Below, one piece after another: positions 20,894-30,815 of a stretch of DNA of 64,000 nt. Under the pieces are notes generated by a model. The model worked only from the letters and a program-made list of their open reading frames with translations, was not told the DNA's origin and did no database searches. The stretch comes from an uncultured Myxococcaceae bacterium (GTDB lineage: Bacteria > Myxococcota_A > Polyangia > Polyangiales > Ga0077539): the NCBI GenBank assembly GCA_964447205.1, contig CAYUSB010000004.1, forward strand, positions 51,799 through 115,798, in the 5' to 3' direction. Each line of letters begins with the position of its first letter. The first letter of the stretch is position 1. The position numbers were made by a program, and so were the translations under genes.

Positions 20894-22813
20894 ATGGAGA
20901 TCTCCCCCAAGCTCGGGCTGAGCGAGATGCGCGAGCGCATCCGGGTGATGGCCCTGGTCGCCATGGTGGGGGTGTCCCTCCTGGTGGGGCGGCTCTTCTA
21001 CGTGCAGGTCATCGACGCCGACCGGTGGATCCGGATGGCGGAGGACAACGTCCTGCGTCGGGTCAGCCTGCCGAGCACCCGGGGGCTCATCCGCGACACC
21101 CGGGGCCGGGTCGTGGCCACCAACCGCCCGAGCTACAACGTGTACGTCGTGCCGGGGATGTTTCGCCTCGAGAACTTCCCGCGCCTCGCCGAGACCCTGG
21201 GCCTGACCCGCGACGAGCGCGACCGTCTCGAGGCCCGGATCCGCGGCACGGAGGGCCCCCGGCGGTATCACGCCCTCCTCGCCCGCGGCGACATCAGCCG
21301 CGAGGCCCTGGCCCTCATCGAGACCCACCGGGCAGACTTCCCGGGCATCCAGGTGATCGCCGCCCCCGTGCGGCAGTATCCCTTCGGCGAGCTGGCCTCG
21401 CACGCCATCGGGTTTCTCAACGAGGTCAACGCCGACGACCTGCGCGAGTACGAGGGCCGCGACTACCGGGCCGGCGAGCGCATCGGCCGCTCGGGGATCG
21501 AGCGGGCCTGGGAGGCCGTCCTGCGCGGCCGCCGCGGGTGGGTCCGGGTCGAGCACGATGTCCGGGGGGCCCTCCTCGCGTCGCGCGACGCCCTGCAGCA
21601 CCTCGGGCCCGACCGCCGCCAGGACCCGATCCCTGGCCGCGACCTCGTGCTCACCCTGGACATGGAGCTGATGCGCTCGATCGACCGGGCCTTCCGGGGT
21701 CGCCCCTCAGGGGCCGCCGTGGTGGTGGACGTGCGCACCGGGCGGGTCCTGGCCCTGTACTCCAAGCCCAGCATCGACCCCAACCTCATCACCCTCGGGA
21801 TGCCCGCGGCCCTGAGCCGCGAGATCGACGAGAACCCCTACCGCCCTCGCATCGACAAGACCATCTTCGAGAGCTACTTCCCGGGGTCGACCTTCAAGCC
21901 CTTTACGGCCCTCGCGGGCCTCGGGGCCAACCTCATCGACGCCCGGACCCAGGCCAACTGCACGGGGCGACACATCCTCGGCCGGCGCGTGTTTCGCTGC
22001 AAACACGTGCACGGGCCGGTGGCCCTCCACCGGGCCATCGCCGAGTCGTGCAACGTGTACTTCTACCAGCTCGCCGAGGCCGTCACGATGGACCGCATCG
22101 CCCAGATGGCCTTCGAGTTTGGGATGGGGGCCCGCACGGGCATCGGGATCAACATGGAGACCCCGGGCTTCATCCCCACCCGGGCCTGGTACGCGCAAAA
22201 CTACCCCGGCCAGTGGCGCATCGGGCACACCCTCAACACGGCCATCGGCCAGGGCAACGTGCGGGTCACCGTGCTCCAGCTCGCCATGGCCTACGCGGCC
22301 CTCGCCAACGGCGGGACCCTCTTCGTCCCGCAGATCGTCGAGCGGGTGGAGTCCCCGGACGGCACGGTGGTGCAGCGGTTTCCGCCGACCGTACGGCGTC
22401 AGCTCGCGGTCGACCCGCGTCAGCTCGACATGATCCGACGGGCCCTCACCGACGTGGTGGCCGACCGGTTCGGGACGGCCCACGGGGCGCAGATCGCCGA
22501 GGTCGACGTGGCGGGAAAGACCGGGACGGCCCAGGTCTCGCGGATCATCCGCGACGCCGTCGACCCGCGGCGGGGGTGGACCTCGGCCCGCGATCACGCG
22601 TGGTTCGCGGGGTTTGCCCCGGCCCAGGCCCCGGAGATCGCCATCGTGGTGCTGGTCGAGCACGGAGGGTCGGGCGGTCATGAGGCCGCCCCCGTGGTGA
22701 CCCAGGTGGCCCGCGATTATTTCACCCGCATCCGCCCCGGGCCCCCCGTCCCCGCCGTGGAGGTGATGCGGGCGGCCGAGCAGCGCCGTCGCCGGGCCTC
22801 GGGGATCCGGTAA
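20894..22813 (+). CDS. mrdA: penicillin-binding protein 2 (peptidoglycan D,D-transpeptidase MrdA)
   Basis: N-terminal TM, PBP dimerisation domain, and transpeptidase motifs STFK (…PGSTFKPFT…), SxN and KTG(T) (…AGKTGTAQV…). Confidence 0.9.
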   Translation: MEISPKLGLSEMRERIRVMALVAMVGVSLLVGRLFYVQVIDADRWIRMAEDNVLRRVSLPSTRGLIRDTRGRVVATNRPSYNVYVVPGMFRLENFPRLAETLGLTRDERDRLEARIRGTEGPRRYHALLARGDISREALALIETHRADFPGIQVIAAPVRQYPFGELASHAIGFLNEVNADDLREYEGRDYRAGERIGRSGIERAWEAVLRGRRGWVRVEHDVRGALLASRDALQHLGPDRRQDPIPGRDLVLTLDMELMRSIDRAFRGRPSGAAVVVDVRTGRVLALYSKPSIDPNLITLGMPAALSREIDENPYRPRIDKTIFESYFPGSTFKPFTALAGLGANLIDARTQANCTGRHILGRRVFRCKHVHGPVALHRAIAESCNVYFYQLAEAVTMDRIAQMAFEFGMGARTGIGINMETPGFIPTRAWYAQNYPGQWRIGHTLNTAIGQGNVRVTVLQLAMAYAALANGGTLFVPQIVERVESPDGTVVQRFPPTVRRQLAVDPRQLDMIRRALTDVVADRFGTAHGAQIAEVDVAGKTGTAQVSRIIRDAVDPRRGWTSARDHAWFAGFAPAQAPEIAIVVLVEHGGSGGHEAAPVVTQVARDYFTRIRPGPPVPAVEVMRAAEQRRRRASGIR

Positions 22814-22831
22814 CGAGGAAGAGGCCGAACG

Positions 22832-23941
22832 ATGCCCAGGACCCTCCAGCCGCGGCTCCGCGACGAGTTTGATTGGCCCTTGTTTCTGCTGATCTCCGTG
22901 GTGGCCACCCTCGGGGTGGTCAACCTCTACTCCGCCACGAGCGCCCAGACCGGGGTGCGGAGCGAGCTCTACATCCAGCAGATCTACTGGCTCGGGGGCG
23001 GGGCCCTGGTGGCCTCCCTGGTGGCCATCGTGGACTACAAGTTCTACGAGCGGTACGCCTACGCGGGGTACGTGGCCAACCTCACGGCCCTGGTGCTGGT
23101 GTTCCTCGTGGGGGCCTCGATTCGTGGGACCCACCGGTGGATTCAGATCGGGAGCTTTCTGTTTCAACCCAGCGAGTTCATGAAGCTGGCCTTGATGATC
23201 GCGGTGGCCCGGTACATCTCCCGCGAACAGCGGCGCGAGGCCTGGACCCTGCGCGACCTGCTCGCCCCGGGGGCCCTGATCGGAGTGCCTCTCGTGCTGG
23301 TGATGGCCCAGCCCGACCTCGGGACGGCCCTGATCATTGGCCTCGTGTCGGTGAGCGTGCTCCTTCTCCAGCGCATCGCGTGGCGCTCCCTGGCCAAGCT
23401 CGTGGTGGGCGGGGTGGCGGGCTCTTTCCTCATGTGGGAGTACGGGCTCAAGGACTACCAGAAGGGGCGGTTGACGAGTTTTCTCGGGGGCGAGCGGGAC
23501 GTCCAGGGCAGCGGGTGGCAGGCCCATCAGAGCATGGTGGCCATCGGGTCGGGCCGCTGGACGGGCCAGGGCTTCATGCGGGGCACGCAGAACCAGCAGC
23601 ACTTTCTGCCCGACACCCACACCGACTTCCCCTTCCCGGTGTGGGCCCAGGAGCAAGGGCTGCTCGGGGCCGTGACGGTCCTCGTGCTGTTTCTCCTGCT
23701 GATCCTGTGGGGGCTGCGGGTGGCGGCCTTGTCCCGCGACCGCTTCGGGGCCGCCCTGGCCGTGGGGGTGGCCTCCCTCTTCTTCTGGCAGCTCATCTTC
23801 AACGTGGGGATGGTCACCCGGAGCCTGCCCGTGGTCGGGGTCACCCTCCCCTTCTTCTCGTACGGGGGCTCCAGCGTCCTCACCATTCTCATCGGGGTGG
23901 GCCTCCTGATGAACGTCTCCATGCGCAAATCGGCCTACTGA
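22832..23941 (+). CDS. rodA: SEDS-family peptidoglycan glycosyltransferase RodA
   Basis: 369 aa, 10-TM SEDS protein. Conserved …QPSEFMKLAL… and …FSYGGSS… blocks. Positioned after mrdA. Confidence 0.9.
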   Translation: MPRTLQPRLRDEFDWPLFLLISVVATLGVVNLYSATSAQTGVRSELYIQQIYWLGGGALVASLVAIVDYKFYERYAYAGYVANLTALVLVFLVGASIRGTHRWIQIGSFLFQPSEFMKLALMIAVARYISREQRREAWTLRDLLAPGALIGVPLVLVMAQPDLGTALIIGLVSVSVLLLQRIAWRSLAKLVVGGVAGSFLMWEYGLKDYQKGRLTSFLGGERDVQGSGWQAHQSMVAIGSGRWTGQGFMRGTQNQQHFLPDTHTDFPFPVWAQEQGLLGAVTVLVLFLLLILWGLRVAALSRDRFGAALAVGVASLFFWQLIFNVGMVTRSLPVVGVTLPFFSYGGSSVLTILIGVGLLMNVSMRKSAY

Positions 23942-24030
23942 CCGGCCCCTCGACGGCCTCGCCGCAGGAAAGTCCCCCGAGGGGGCTTTGCGGCGCCAAC
24001 AAAACGGGTGCATCCTCCGTCCGAGGTCGT

Positions 24031-25005
24031 ATGTCACATCTCATCCAGGCTCCCGTCCCCATGGTGTCTCCCCGCGGCGTGGCCACAGCCTCCACCGCCC
24101 TCCTTGCGACCCTCGGGGGCCTTCTGACCCCCCTGGTGACGCAATCGCTCGGAGGCAGGGCGGTCACGACGGTCGACTGGATCGTCTCGGTGGCCATGGG
24201 GGCCGTGGTGTTTGGCCTCGTGGGCCGCAAGGTCGTGCGGTCCGACACCGACGGGGCCGGGGCCGCCCTACGGATCGTCCCGCGGGGGGCCTTCTTCGGG
24301 GCCCTCGGGGGGGCCGCCCTCCTGCCGATGCTCCTGGCCGTCTCGGGGTACACGGGCGGTCACTACCCGGTGATGGCCCTCTTCGGGGCCGTGTACGGCA
24401 CGCTCACCGGCGTGACCCTGGCTTTCCCTGCGGCCCTGTGGTGCCTGCGGGCCCATCGGGCCCTGGAGCAGGGGGCCGCCGTCGATCACGAGCGCCTCAC
24501 CATCGACGCCGGGGCCTTTGTGGCCGTGGCCGGGGTGGTGGGTCTGGCCCTGTACCGCATCGAGGCCCTGTCCGCCCTGAGCCTCGGGCTCATCGTGGCC
24601 GGGGTGGTCACCGTGCTCGCGGCCACCCTGCGTACGGCCCGTCTCACCCGGCTCCTCGACGGGGTCGGGGCCGGGACCCTCAAGCTCTACGAGGACACCG
24701 CCGTGGGGGTGCCTCCCCTGGTGGCGGTCCCGGGCCTCGATCGGGTCATCGTGCACGAGGGAGCCCCGGTCGATGGGACCCCCTTTCGGGCCAACGTCCC
24801 GGGGGCCATGATCGCGCGGGTTCCGGCCGACCTCGGGGTGGTCCGGGCGGCCATCGGGCGTACGGTGCGGGCGGGGATCATCACGGCCGTGTCTCTGGTG
24901 GCCCTGTCCTTCGCGGGGCTGGCCTTCACCCTCACCATCGGCTGCGCGGGCGGCGGGTGCGGAGCGGCCCGGGCCGCGGGCGACTGCGGCGGCTGCCAGC
25001 ACTGA
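24031..25005 (+). CDS. hypothetical polytopic membrane protein with C-terminal Cys cluster
   Basis: Real start ATG 24031 (MSHLIQAPV...). Track ORF 22873..25005 is an out-of-frame fusion across rodA. Several TM helices. Ends with ...TLTIGCAGGGCGAARAAGDCGGCQH. Confidence 0.45.
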   Translation: MSHLIQAPVPMVSPRGVATASTALLATLGGLLTPLVTQSLGGRAVTTVDWIVSVAMGAVVFGLVGRKVVRSDTDGAGAALRIVPRGAFFGALGGAALLPMLLAVSGYTGGHYPVMALFGAVYGTLTGVTLAFPAALWCLRAHRALEQGAAVDHERLTIDAGAFVAVAGVVGLALYRIEALSALSLGLIVAGVVTVLAATLRTARLTRLLDGVGAGTLKLYEDTAVGVPPLVAVPGLDRVIVHEGAPVDGTPFRANVPGAMIARVPADLGVVRAAIGRTVRAGIITAVSLVALSFAGLAFTLTIGCAGGGCGAARAAGDCGGCQH

Positions 25006-25042
25006 TTGTTCCCTCGGGGCCCGTTTGAGATAAGGTCTCGAC

Positions 25043-25480
25043 GTGGCCCACGACCCCTTCGACGCCTACCGACGGAGCGCCCTCGACGGCCTGAGCCCCG
25101 CAGCCCCCGCGGCCCCGTGGCGGAAGGCTCCGCGGGCCCGCGACACTTCGGGAGCTCCCGTGCTCCCTCCGGGGCTCGAGCGGCTCACCCGCGAACCCCT
25201 GGTGGGCATCCTGCGCGAGGAGGCGGGGCGGTGTTGGCGGCGGGCTGTGCCGGCGTGGTCGCCGAGCTTGGAGGCCGTGCTCGGGCGGGGGCCCCTCGCG
25301 GTGGAGGTACACCCGGGTCTGGTGACGGTGTCCCTGGCCCATGCCACCTGCAGGGCACGCGGCATCCCGACCCCCTGGGTGGGCGTGGTGGTGGCCCTCC
25401 TCACGGGGATCGAGCTTGGCACGGTGCGCAAGGCCCTGCGTCGCGGGGTGCGGCGGTTTGAGCCGGGAGGGCGGACATGA
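25043..25480 (+). CDS. hypothetical protein
   Basis: 145 aa with GC3-rich codon usage. Its stop overlaps the start of the C-N hydrolase gene (ATGA at 25477). Confidence 0.35.
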   Translation: MAHDPFDAYRRSALDGLSPAAPAAPWRKAPRARDTSGAPVLPPGLERLTREPLVGILREEAGRCWRRAVPAWSPSLEAVLGRGPLAVEVHPGLVTVSLAHATCRARGIPTPWVGVVVALLTGIELGTVRKALRRGVRRFEPGGRT

Positions 25481-26316
25481 CCGAGGGAGTGACCCTCGCG
25501 GGGGTCGTGCAGATGACCTCCACGGCCGACGTGGGGCGCAACCTGGCGCGGGCGGGGGCCCTTGTGCAGGAGGCTGTACGTCGCGGGGCGGCCTTCGTGG
25601 CCCTACCTGAAAACGTGGCGTACATGGGCCCGGAGGGGGGCAAGCTGGCCCTGGCCGAGGACTTCGTGGTGGGGGAAATCCCCGCGGGCCCCGCGGTGGG
25701 AGCGGCCGTGCGGGCCGTGGCTGCGGCGTCAGGGGCGTGGGTGCTTTGGGGGGGCGTACCCGAGCGCATCGCAGGGGATGCTCGCCGCACGTACAACACC
25801 GCGGTGGTGGTGTCGCCGGACGGGCGGGTGGCGGCCCGGTACCGCAAGGTTCATCTGTTTGATGTGGCCCTGGCGGATGGGACGGTGCTCACGGAGTCGC
25901 AGTCGGTGGCCCCGGGGGAGGGGGTCACGGCGGTCGATACCCCCGTCGGTCGGGTGGGCCTGTCGATCTGTTACGACGTGCGGTTTCCAGAGCTGTACCG
26001 AGCCCTGGTCGACCAGGGGGCCACGGTGCTCACGGTGCCCGCGGCGTTTACCGTGACCACGGGCCGCGACCACTGGCACACCCTGCTCAAGGCCCGGGCG
26101 ATCGAGTCGCAGTGTCACCTCCTGGCCCCCGCCCAGTGGGGGTCCCACGGGGACGGGCGCACGACCTACGGGCACGCCCTCGTGATCGACCCCTGGGGCA
26201 CCGTCCTGGCCGAGTGCGGCGACGGGGAGGGCGTGGCCGTGGCCCCCATCGACGCGGCCCGGACGGGGCGGGTACGGGCCACCCTGCCGTCCCTGGCCCA
26301 CCGACGGATGGGGTAA
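25477..26316 (+). CDS. carbon-nitrogen hydrolase family protein (nitrilase/omega-amidase-like)
   Basis: Catalytic triad context: E in …FVALPE…, K in …YRKVHLFD…, C in …GLSICYDVRFPE…. 279 aa. Confidence 0.85.
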   Translation: MTEGVTLAGVVQMTSTADVGRNLARAGALVQEAVRRGAAFVALPENVAYMGPEGGKLALAEDFVVGEIPAGPAVGAAVRAVAAASGAWVLWGGVPERIAGDARRTYNTAVVVSPDGRVAARYRKVHLFDVALADGTVLTESQSVAPGEGVTAVDTPVGRVGLSICYDVRFPELYRALVDQGATVLTVPAAFTVTTGRDHWHTLLKARAIESQCHLLAPAQWGSHGDGRTTYGHALVIDPWGTVLAECGDGEGVAVAPIDAARTGRVRATLPSLAHRRMG

Positions 26317-26357
26317 GAGGGGCCGAGGCTGAACGCCCGCGCCCGGATGGCCCTCGC

Positions 26358-26533
26358 GGGGGTCGTGCTCAGAGTCTGTAGAACAATGTCTCCCGTCGGT
26401 GGCGGCGCGATGCCCGTCGCGATGCGGCGTCGACGCACTTCACCGCACATTCAGTGCGCTTTCAGTGCATCTCCTTGCCTCGCTCGGGCCTCCCGCCACC
26501 ACCTCGGTCCGACATTATTCTACAGACTCTCAG
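26358..26533. repeat. 23-bp imperfect inverted repeat (21/23) enclosing a ~130-bp lower-GC core; possible sRNA/MITE-like element
   Basis: Left arm GCTCAGAGTCTGTAGAACAATGT (26358-26380). Right arm ACATTATTCTACAGACTCTCAGC (26511-26533) is its reverse complement with 2 mismatches. The core contains a direct repeat TTCAGTGC x2. Confidence 0.5.
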
Positions 26534-26686
26534 CGTGGGAGGGTGAGGGGGGCCTTGGGGCTCCGGAGGGGGCATCTCCGGGGTGCAAAAGCCGGGTCAT
26601 ATTCTGTCCCGAGACGGTTGCGTGGCGCGGGCGCGGACGTAGGTTGCCAACGTCTACGGGAGAGGAGAGGAGAGGCCATGATCACG

Positions 26687-26935
26687 CACCGTGTGTTGGG
26701 GGACAATGACATCGGCACCGCCTGGGGTTTCGTCGACGAATGCGAAGACGAGACCCCCCGCGCCTGGGGGCTCGAGCTCGCCCTCGGGACGGTGATCCGC
26801 GACCGCGACGGGGTCCACCGGCTCCGCTCCGCCTCGGCGGACTTCAGCAGCCTCACGTCGCGGCGGGTCACCGACGTGGAGGACGCCCTCATCGCCCGCA
26901 TCGACCGGGCCCGTCGGCGGGCTCGCACCGACTGA
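26687..26935 (+). CDS. small hypothetical protein (83 aa)
   Basis: ATG at 26687, preceded by GGGAGAGGAGAGGAGAGG, a very strong purine-rich RBS. Acidic protein MITHRVLGDNDIGTAWGFVDECEDETPRAWG.... Confidence 0.4.
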   Translation, partial: HRVLGDNDIGTAWGFVDECEDETPRAWGLELALGTVIRDRDGVHRLRSASADFSSLTSRRVTDVEDALIARIDRARRRARTD

Positions 26936-27070
26936 GCCTCTCGTCTTCGCCCGGGGCCTCGGGCGGCGCATCGCTTCTGACAGGCTCTGCGTGCCACGAG
27001 TCTGACGCGCACCCCGTGACGAACCCGCCTCGATCTGGACGGCACGGGCGCTACGCGGGAACCTCTCCCC

Positions 27071-28099
27071 ATGATGAAGGTTGAACCCAACAGTCTGCGC
27101 CAGTTTGGGGACGAGGGGTGGCTCCTCTGGCGACAGCGCGTGGGGGACACGCCCCAGGAGGGGCTCCTGTTGACGACCCGGGCCTGTGCCAGCCGGGAGT
27201 GTCCCTGTCGGTCGGTCACCGTGGATGCATGGTACGTCCCGGAGTCGCTCGCGGGCGTGTCTCGACGCAAGGATGGGAGGCTCTCGCTTCGGTTCCGGAG
27301 GGGGCACGAGCCGACGACGCGGTTCGCCCTGATGGCCTCGGTGGATATCGACACCGGCGCCGTGAGCCCGGTCGAATCTGCGGCACGGGGCGAACCCGAC
27401 CTCACGGCGCTGGCGTGGCTCCGCGAGGAGATGAACGGGGAGCTATTGGAGCGGCTCGCGCAGCGGTTTCTGCTGGCCAAGGGCTACCTGCCCAACGAGG
27501 AGCGCTGGCGCTCGGTGGACTGGTCGGAGTGGGAGCCCGGTCAACTCATCGGGTGGCGCGAGGTGGCCGACTTCGGGCGCGAGGACCTCTACGTCCTGGA
27601 TGGGCGGACCTATCTGGCCGACGACCTCTACTGCGTCGAACCGACGTGCCCCTGCGAGACCATCCACGTCGAGTTCTTCGAGCTCACCGGAGAAGGCCTC
27701 GCGGAGGAGCACGAGATCGGCGTCGTGGTCACGGACCTCCTCGGGTTCAAGCCATTGGTGGTCGAGCGCGACGCGGGCGATCCTGACCTCGTCGTGCGCC
27801 TCGGGGAGGCGTTCCGGCGGCGATACCTACGAGCGGGCATCCTCTCTGGCCGCAAGTCCAAGGTGAGGACGGTCGGGGCGGAGCTGTTGCGTACGCATCA
27901 GGAGCGCCAACGCGCTCCGTTGCCAGGGCCCGCACGCCCGATCCCTGCGCGTGCTGCGCCGACGCCCGGCCGGAACGACCCCTGTTTTTGCGGCTCGGGG
28001 AAGAAATTCAAGAAGTGCTGTCTGGGACGGGCATCCCCGTCGACGGACCTCACCCGGGGGTCCGCCCTGTCGCCGCGGACCGACCTCAGCGGCGGATGA
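27071..28099 (+). CDS. SEC-C motif (Zn-ribbon) domain protein, hypothetical
   Basis: C-terminal …GRNDPCFCGSGKKFKKCC… is a canonical SEC-C metal-binding motif. Two additional CxxxCPC motifs (…CASRECPCR…, …CVEPTCPCETIH…). Confidence 0.6.
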   Translation: MMKVEPNSLRQFGDEGWLLWRQRVGDTPQEGLLLTTRACASRECPCRSVTVDAWYVPESLAGVSRRKDGRLSLRFRRGHEPTTRFALMASVDIDTGAVSPVESAARGEPDLTALAWLREEMNGELLERLAQRFLLAKGYLPNEERWRSVDWSEWEPGQLIGWREVADFGREDLYVLDGRTYLADDLYCVEPTCPCETIHVEFFELTGEGLAEEHEIGVVVTDLLGFKPLVVERDAGDPDLVVRLGEAFRRRYLRAGILSGRKSKVRTVGAELLRTHQERQRAPLPGPARPIPARAAPTPGRNDPCFCGSGKKFKKCCLGRASPSTDLTRGSALSPRTDLSGG

Positions 28100-29960
28100 G
28101 CTCCAGCAACATCGCCGTCGCGGGCATGAGGATTGACCCCACCACGGCCTCGCCCGCGATGAGCCCCGACGCGAGGGGGGCGGCGTAGCGCTCGAAGCTG
28201 CCGTCAGCGTCGGGGGAGGCCTTGCGCCACACCGCCGCGATCACGGCCCCGAGGGCGATGGCGATGTTGAGCGACGGCGGCAAGATGAGCGCGAACCCCA
28301 ACGCCGCGGGGATGGGCACAAACCAGAACCGGCTCCCGTCCCCCTCCCGGGCGGGCACGGCCCGCAGGAGCTCAAACACGATCCCGAGCACGATGCCTAC
28401 CTTCGAGGCCGCGAGGGCCCCGTGGGGGAGGTATCCCAGGCCACGTTCCATGGCGATGGCGAGGGTGGCGATCTTCAGGCCGGTCGGGGCCGAGAGTTGC
28501 CCCGGGTTGAGCCCGATCCCGTACGTGCGCTGCAACACGTTGAACACCACCGGGGTGAGCAGGGCCCCGATGGGGATCACGATGAGCTGTGCGATGACCA
28601 GGGTGCGAAACCGCCCCCCGAGGCGTTGGGCCACCCAGAAGGCCGGGACGACGTTTTCGGACGAGGCCTGGGGGCTCGCGCTGATGTAGGCCGCGGTGAG
28701 GTTGGACCGGATCTGGGCGGGCCAGAGGATGCCGAAGAGAAACTGGGTCGCGTTGGCCATGAGCGACACCGGGCCCGATCCCGTGATGCCCAGGACACGC
28801 AGCCCCGCCACGATGAGCAGGGGCTGGATCGCCACCGCGAGCAGCACCTCCGTCCACGGCACGTTGAACCACCGCGTGGTGAGCCACACCAGCAGCGACC
28901 CGCTCACCCCGAGGCCGGTGACCACCCACCAGGTCGGGATGGTCTCGTCGGCCAGGGACTCCACCACGGGCTCGGCGATGTCGGTCTTGCGCGTGAGCAT
29001 GCTGCGCACCACGGGGATGAGCACGCTTGTCACGGCCGCGGCGATCATCATCGCGGTGGCGGGCCACATCATCCACTGCACGACGAACTTGAAGTGCGAG
29101 GTGGCCTGAGAAAACTCCGCGGCCTTGGCGCACGACTGCCCGAGGTAGGCCAGGGCCGTGTCGCGCTCGGGGCCGACGAGGCCGGGGAGGCGGTTCATGG
29201 CGGCGATGCAGGGAGCGAGGCCGGCTTCGGGCACGCCGGAGAGGGCGGCGTAGCGGGCGGCGGTGTCGCCGAAGGTGGCGACGATCCAGGTGCCGAGGAG
29301 GCCTGACATCCCGACCGAGAGCGGAACGAGCATGCCGAGGCCGATGGCGGCCAGCTCGAGGCCGAGGGCCATGTTGAGGGCGGGGTTGCCGACGATGGGG
29401 GGGATGACCCCGAGGCCGTCGCGGAGGAAGGTGAGAAACCCCGCGACCCCGGTGGTGGTGGTGAGCACGTCGCGGCGGGCCCGGGTGCTCTCGGTGGCGC
29501 TCGGGTCGGTGAGGGTCTGGGCGATGGCGAGGGTGGCCCGGGAGGTGGGCCACGGGAGCTTGCGGTCGCGGAGCATGGCGCTGCGCGGCACGATCCCCAT
29601 GAAGACCCCGAGGTTGGCCGACACGACCAGCCAGGCGAACATCTGCCAGGCCGAGGGGTGAAAGCCGATGTCGCGCCCGGTGAGGGCCCGGATGTAGAAG
29701 AAGGCCGCGAGGATCACCACCATGAAGGCGATGCCCGACACCATCCCGATCATCGACTGGATGATGTTGAGCTGCACCGCCAGCGCGCGCCCCTTCACGT
29801 GTTTGCCCAGGGCAAAAGCCGCGAGGAACATGCCCCCCATGGTGAGGTCGACGCTCTGCCCGAGCTTGAGGGTGACGTAGGGGGTGGCGGCGGCGGCCAC
29901 CGCGCAGAGGAGGCAGCCCAGGAGCACGGTGCGGACGTTGAGCTCGTTGCCGGGGTTCAT
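28086..29960 (-). CDS. OPT family oligopeptide transporter
   Basis: Start ATG 29960-29958 (MNPGNELNVRTVLLGCLLCAVAAAATPYVTLKLGQS...). ~624 aa with many TM helices and OPT family sequence character. Confidence 0.8.
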   Translation of the reverse strand: MNPGNELNVRTVLLGCLLCAVAAAATPYVTLKLGQSVDLTMGGMFLAAFALGKHVKGRALAVQLNIIQSMIGMVSGIAFMVVILAAFFYIRALTGRDIGFHPSAWQMFAWLVVSANLGVFMGIVPRSAMLRDRKLPWPTSRATLAIAQTLTDPSATESTRARRDVLTTTTGVAGFLTFLRDGLGVIPPIVGNPALNMALGLELAAIGLGMLVPLSVGMSGLLGTWIVATFGDTAARYAALSGVPEAGLAPCIAAMNRLPGLVGPERDTALAYLGQSCAKAAEFSQATSHFKFVVQWMMWPATAMMIAAAVTSVLIPVVRSMLTRKTDIAEPVVESLADETIPTWWVVTGLGVSGSLLVWLTTRWFNVPWTEVLLAVAIQPLLIVAGLRVLGITGSGPVSLMANATQFLFGILWPAQIRSNLTAAYISASPQASSENVVPAFWVAQRLGGRFRTLVIAQLIVIPIGALLTPVVFNVLQRTYGIGLNPGQLSAPTGLKIATLAIAMERGLGYLPHGALAASKVGIVLGIVFELLRAVPAREGDGSRFWFVPIPAALGFALILPPSLNIAIALGAVIAAVWRKASPDADGSFERYAAPLASGLIAGEAVVGSILMPATAMLLELIRR

Positions 29961-30132
29961 TCTGGGCACGACGCTACTCAGGGGCGGGGCGGGGGCGGAG
30001 GGAAATCGACGCCCGCCGGGCCGCGGAGGGCCTCGTGGCCGGGCGATTGACGGCGGCAGTGTTTGGGGGGCTTGACGTGCGCGAGGGCGGGCCTTCTGAA
30101 GTTCTCCCACTCGTCCACGCCATGGAGCCGCG

Positions 30133-30810
30133 ATGAAGGCACACTCCCGAGACACCCAGGCCAGCACTACCCCCCGGCGCGCCCTTGAGTTCCTCCGCGA
30201 AGGCAATCAGCGCTTCGTCAACAACCTCAAGGCCAACCGCAACCTGCTTGAGCAGGCCAACGAGACCCGCGACGGGCAGTGGCCCTTCGCCACCATCCTG
30301 TCGTGCATCGACAGCCGCACCTCGGCCGAGCTCATCTTCGATCAGGGCCTCGGCGACATCTTCTCGATTCGCATCGCGGGCAACGTGATCAACACCGACA
30401 TCCTCGGCAGCATGGAGTTTGCCTGCAAGGTCGCAGGCAGCAAGCTCCTCGTCGTGCTCGGCCACACGAGCTGCGGGGCCGTCAAGGGCGCGTGCGACCA
30501 CGTCGAGATGGGCAACCTCACCGAGCTCCTCGCCAAGCTCCAGCCCGCGGTCTACCAGGAGCGCGGGGTCGTCGACCCGGCCCTCCGCACCTCGAAGAAC
30601 AGGGACTTCGTCGAGAGCGTCGCGCAGATCAACGTGCGTCGCTCGGTCAGGTCGGTGATCGAGCGCAGCTCCATCCTCGAGCAGATGGTGGAGTCCGAGA
30701 AGATCGGCCTGATCGGCGGGATGCACCACCTCGACACGGGCCTCGTGGATTTCTACGAGGACTCGGCGGTGTTTACCGCAGCGGACGTCCAGCGCCTCCG
30801 CAACGGCTGA
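30133..30810 (+). CDS. beta-class carbonic anhydrase
   Basis: Zn ligands in …ILSCIDSRTS… (C, D) and …VLGHTSCGAV… (H, C). 225 aa. Confidence 0.9.
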   Translation: MKAHSRDTQASTTPRRALEFLREGNQRFVNNLKANRNLLEQANETRDGQWPFATILSCIDSRTSAELIFDQGLGDIFSIRIAGNVINTDILGSMEFACKVAGSKLLVVLGHTSCGAVKGACDHVEMGNLTELLAKLQPAVYQERGVVDPALRTSKNRDFVESVAQINVRRSVRSVIERSSILEQMVESEKIGLIGGMHHLDTGLVDFYEDSAVFTAADVQRLRNG

Positions 30811-30815
30811 GGGCG

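Noticed and set aside
22873-25005. 710-aa ORF spanning rodA and the downstream gene
   Set aside because: The upstream two-thirds is an alternative frame of rodA, which is clearly encoded in the 22832 frame. Only 24031-25005 is retained as a separate membrane-protein gene.
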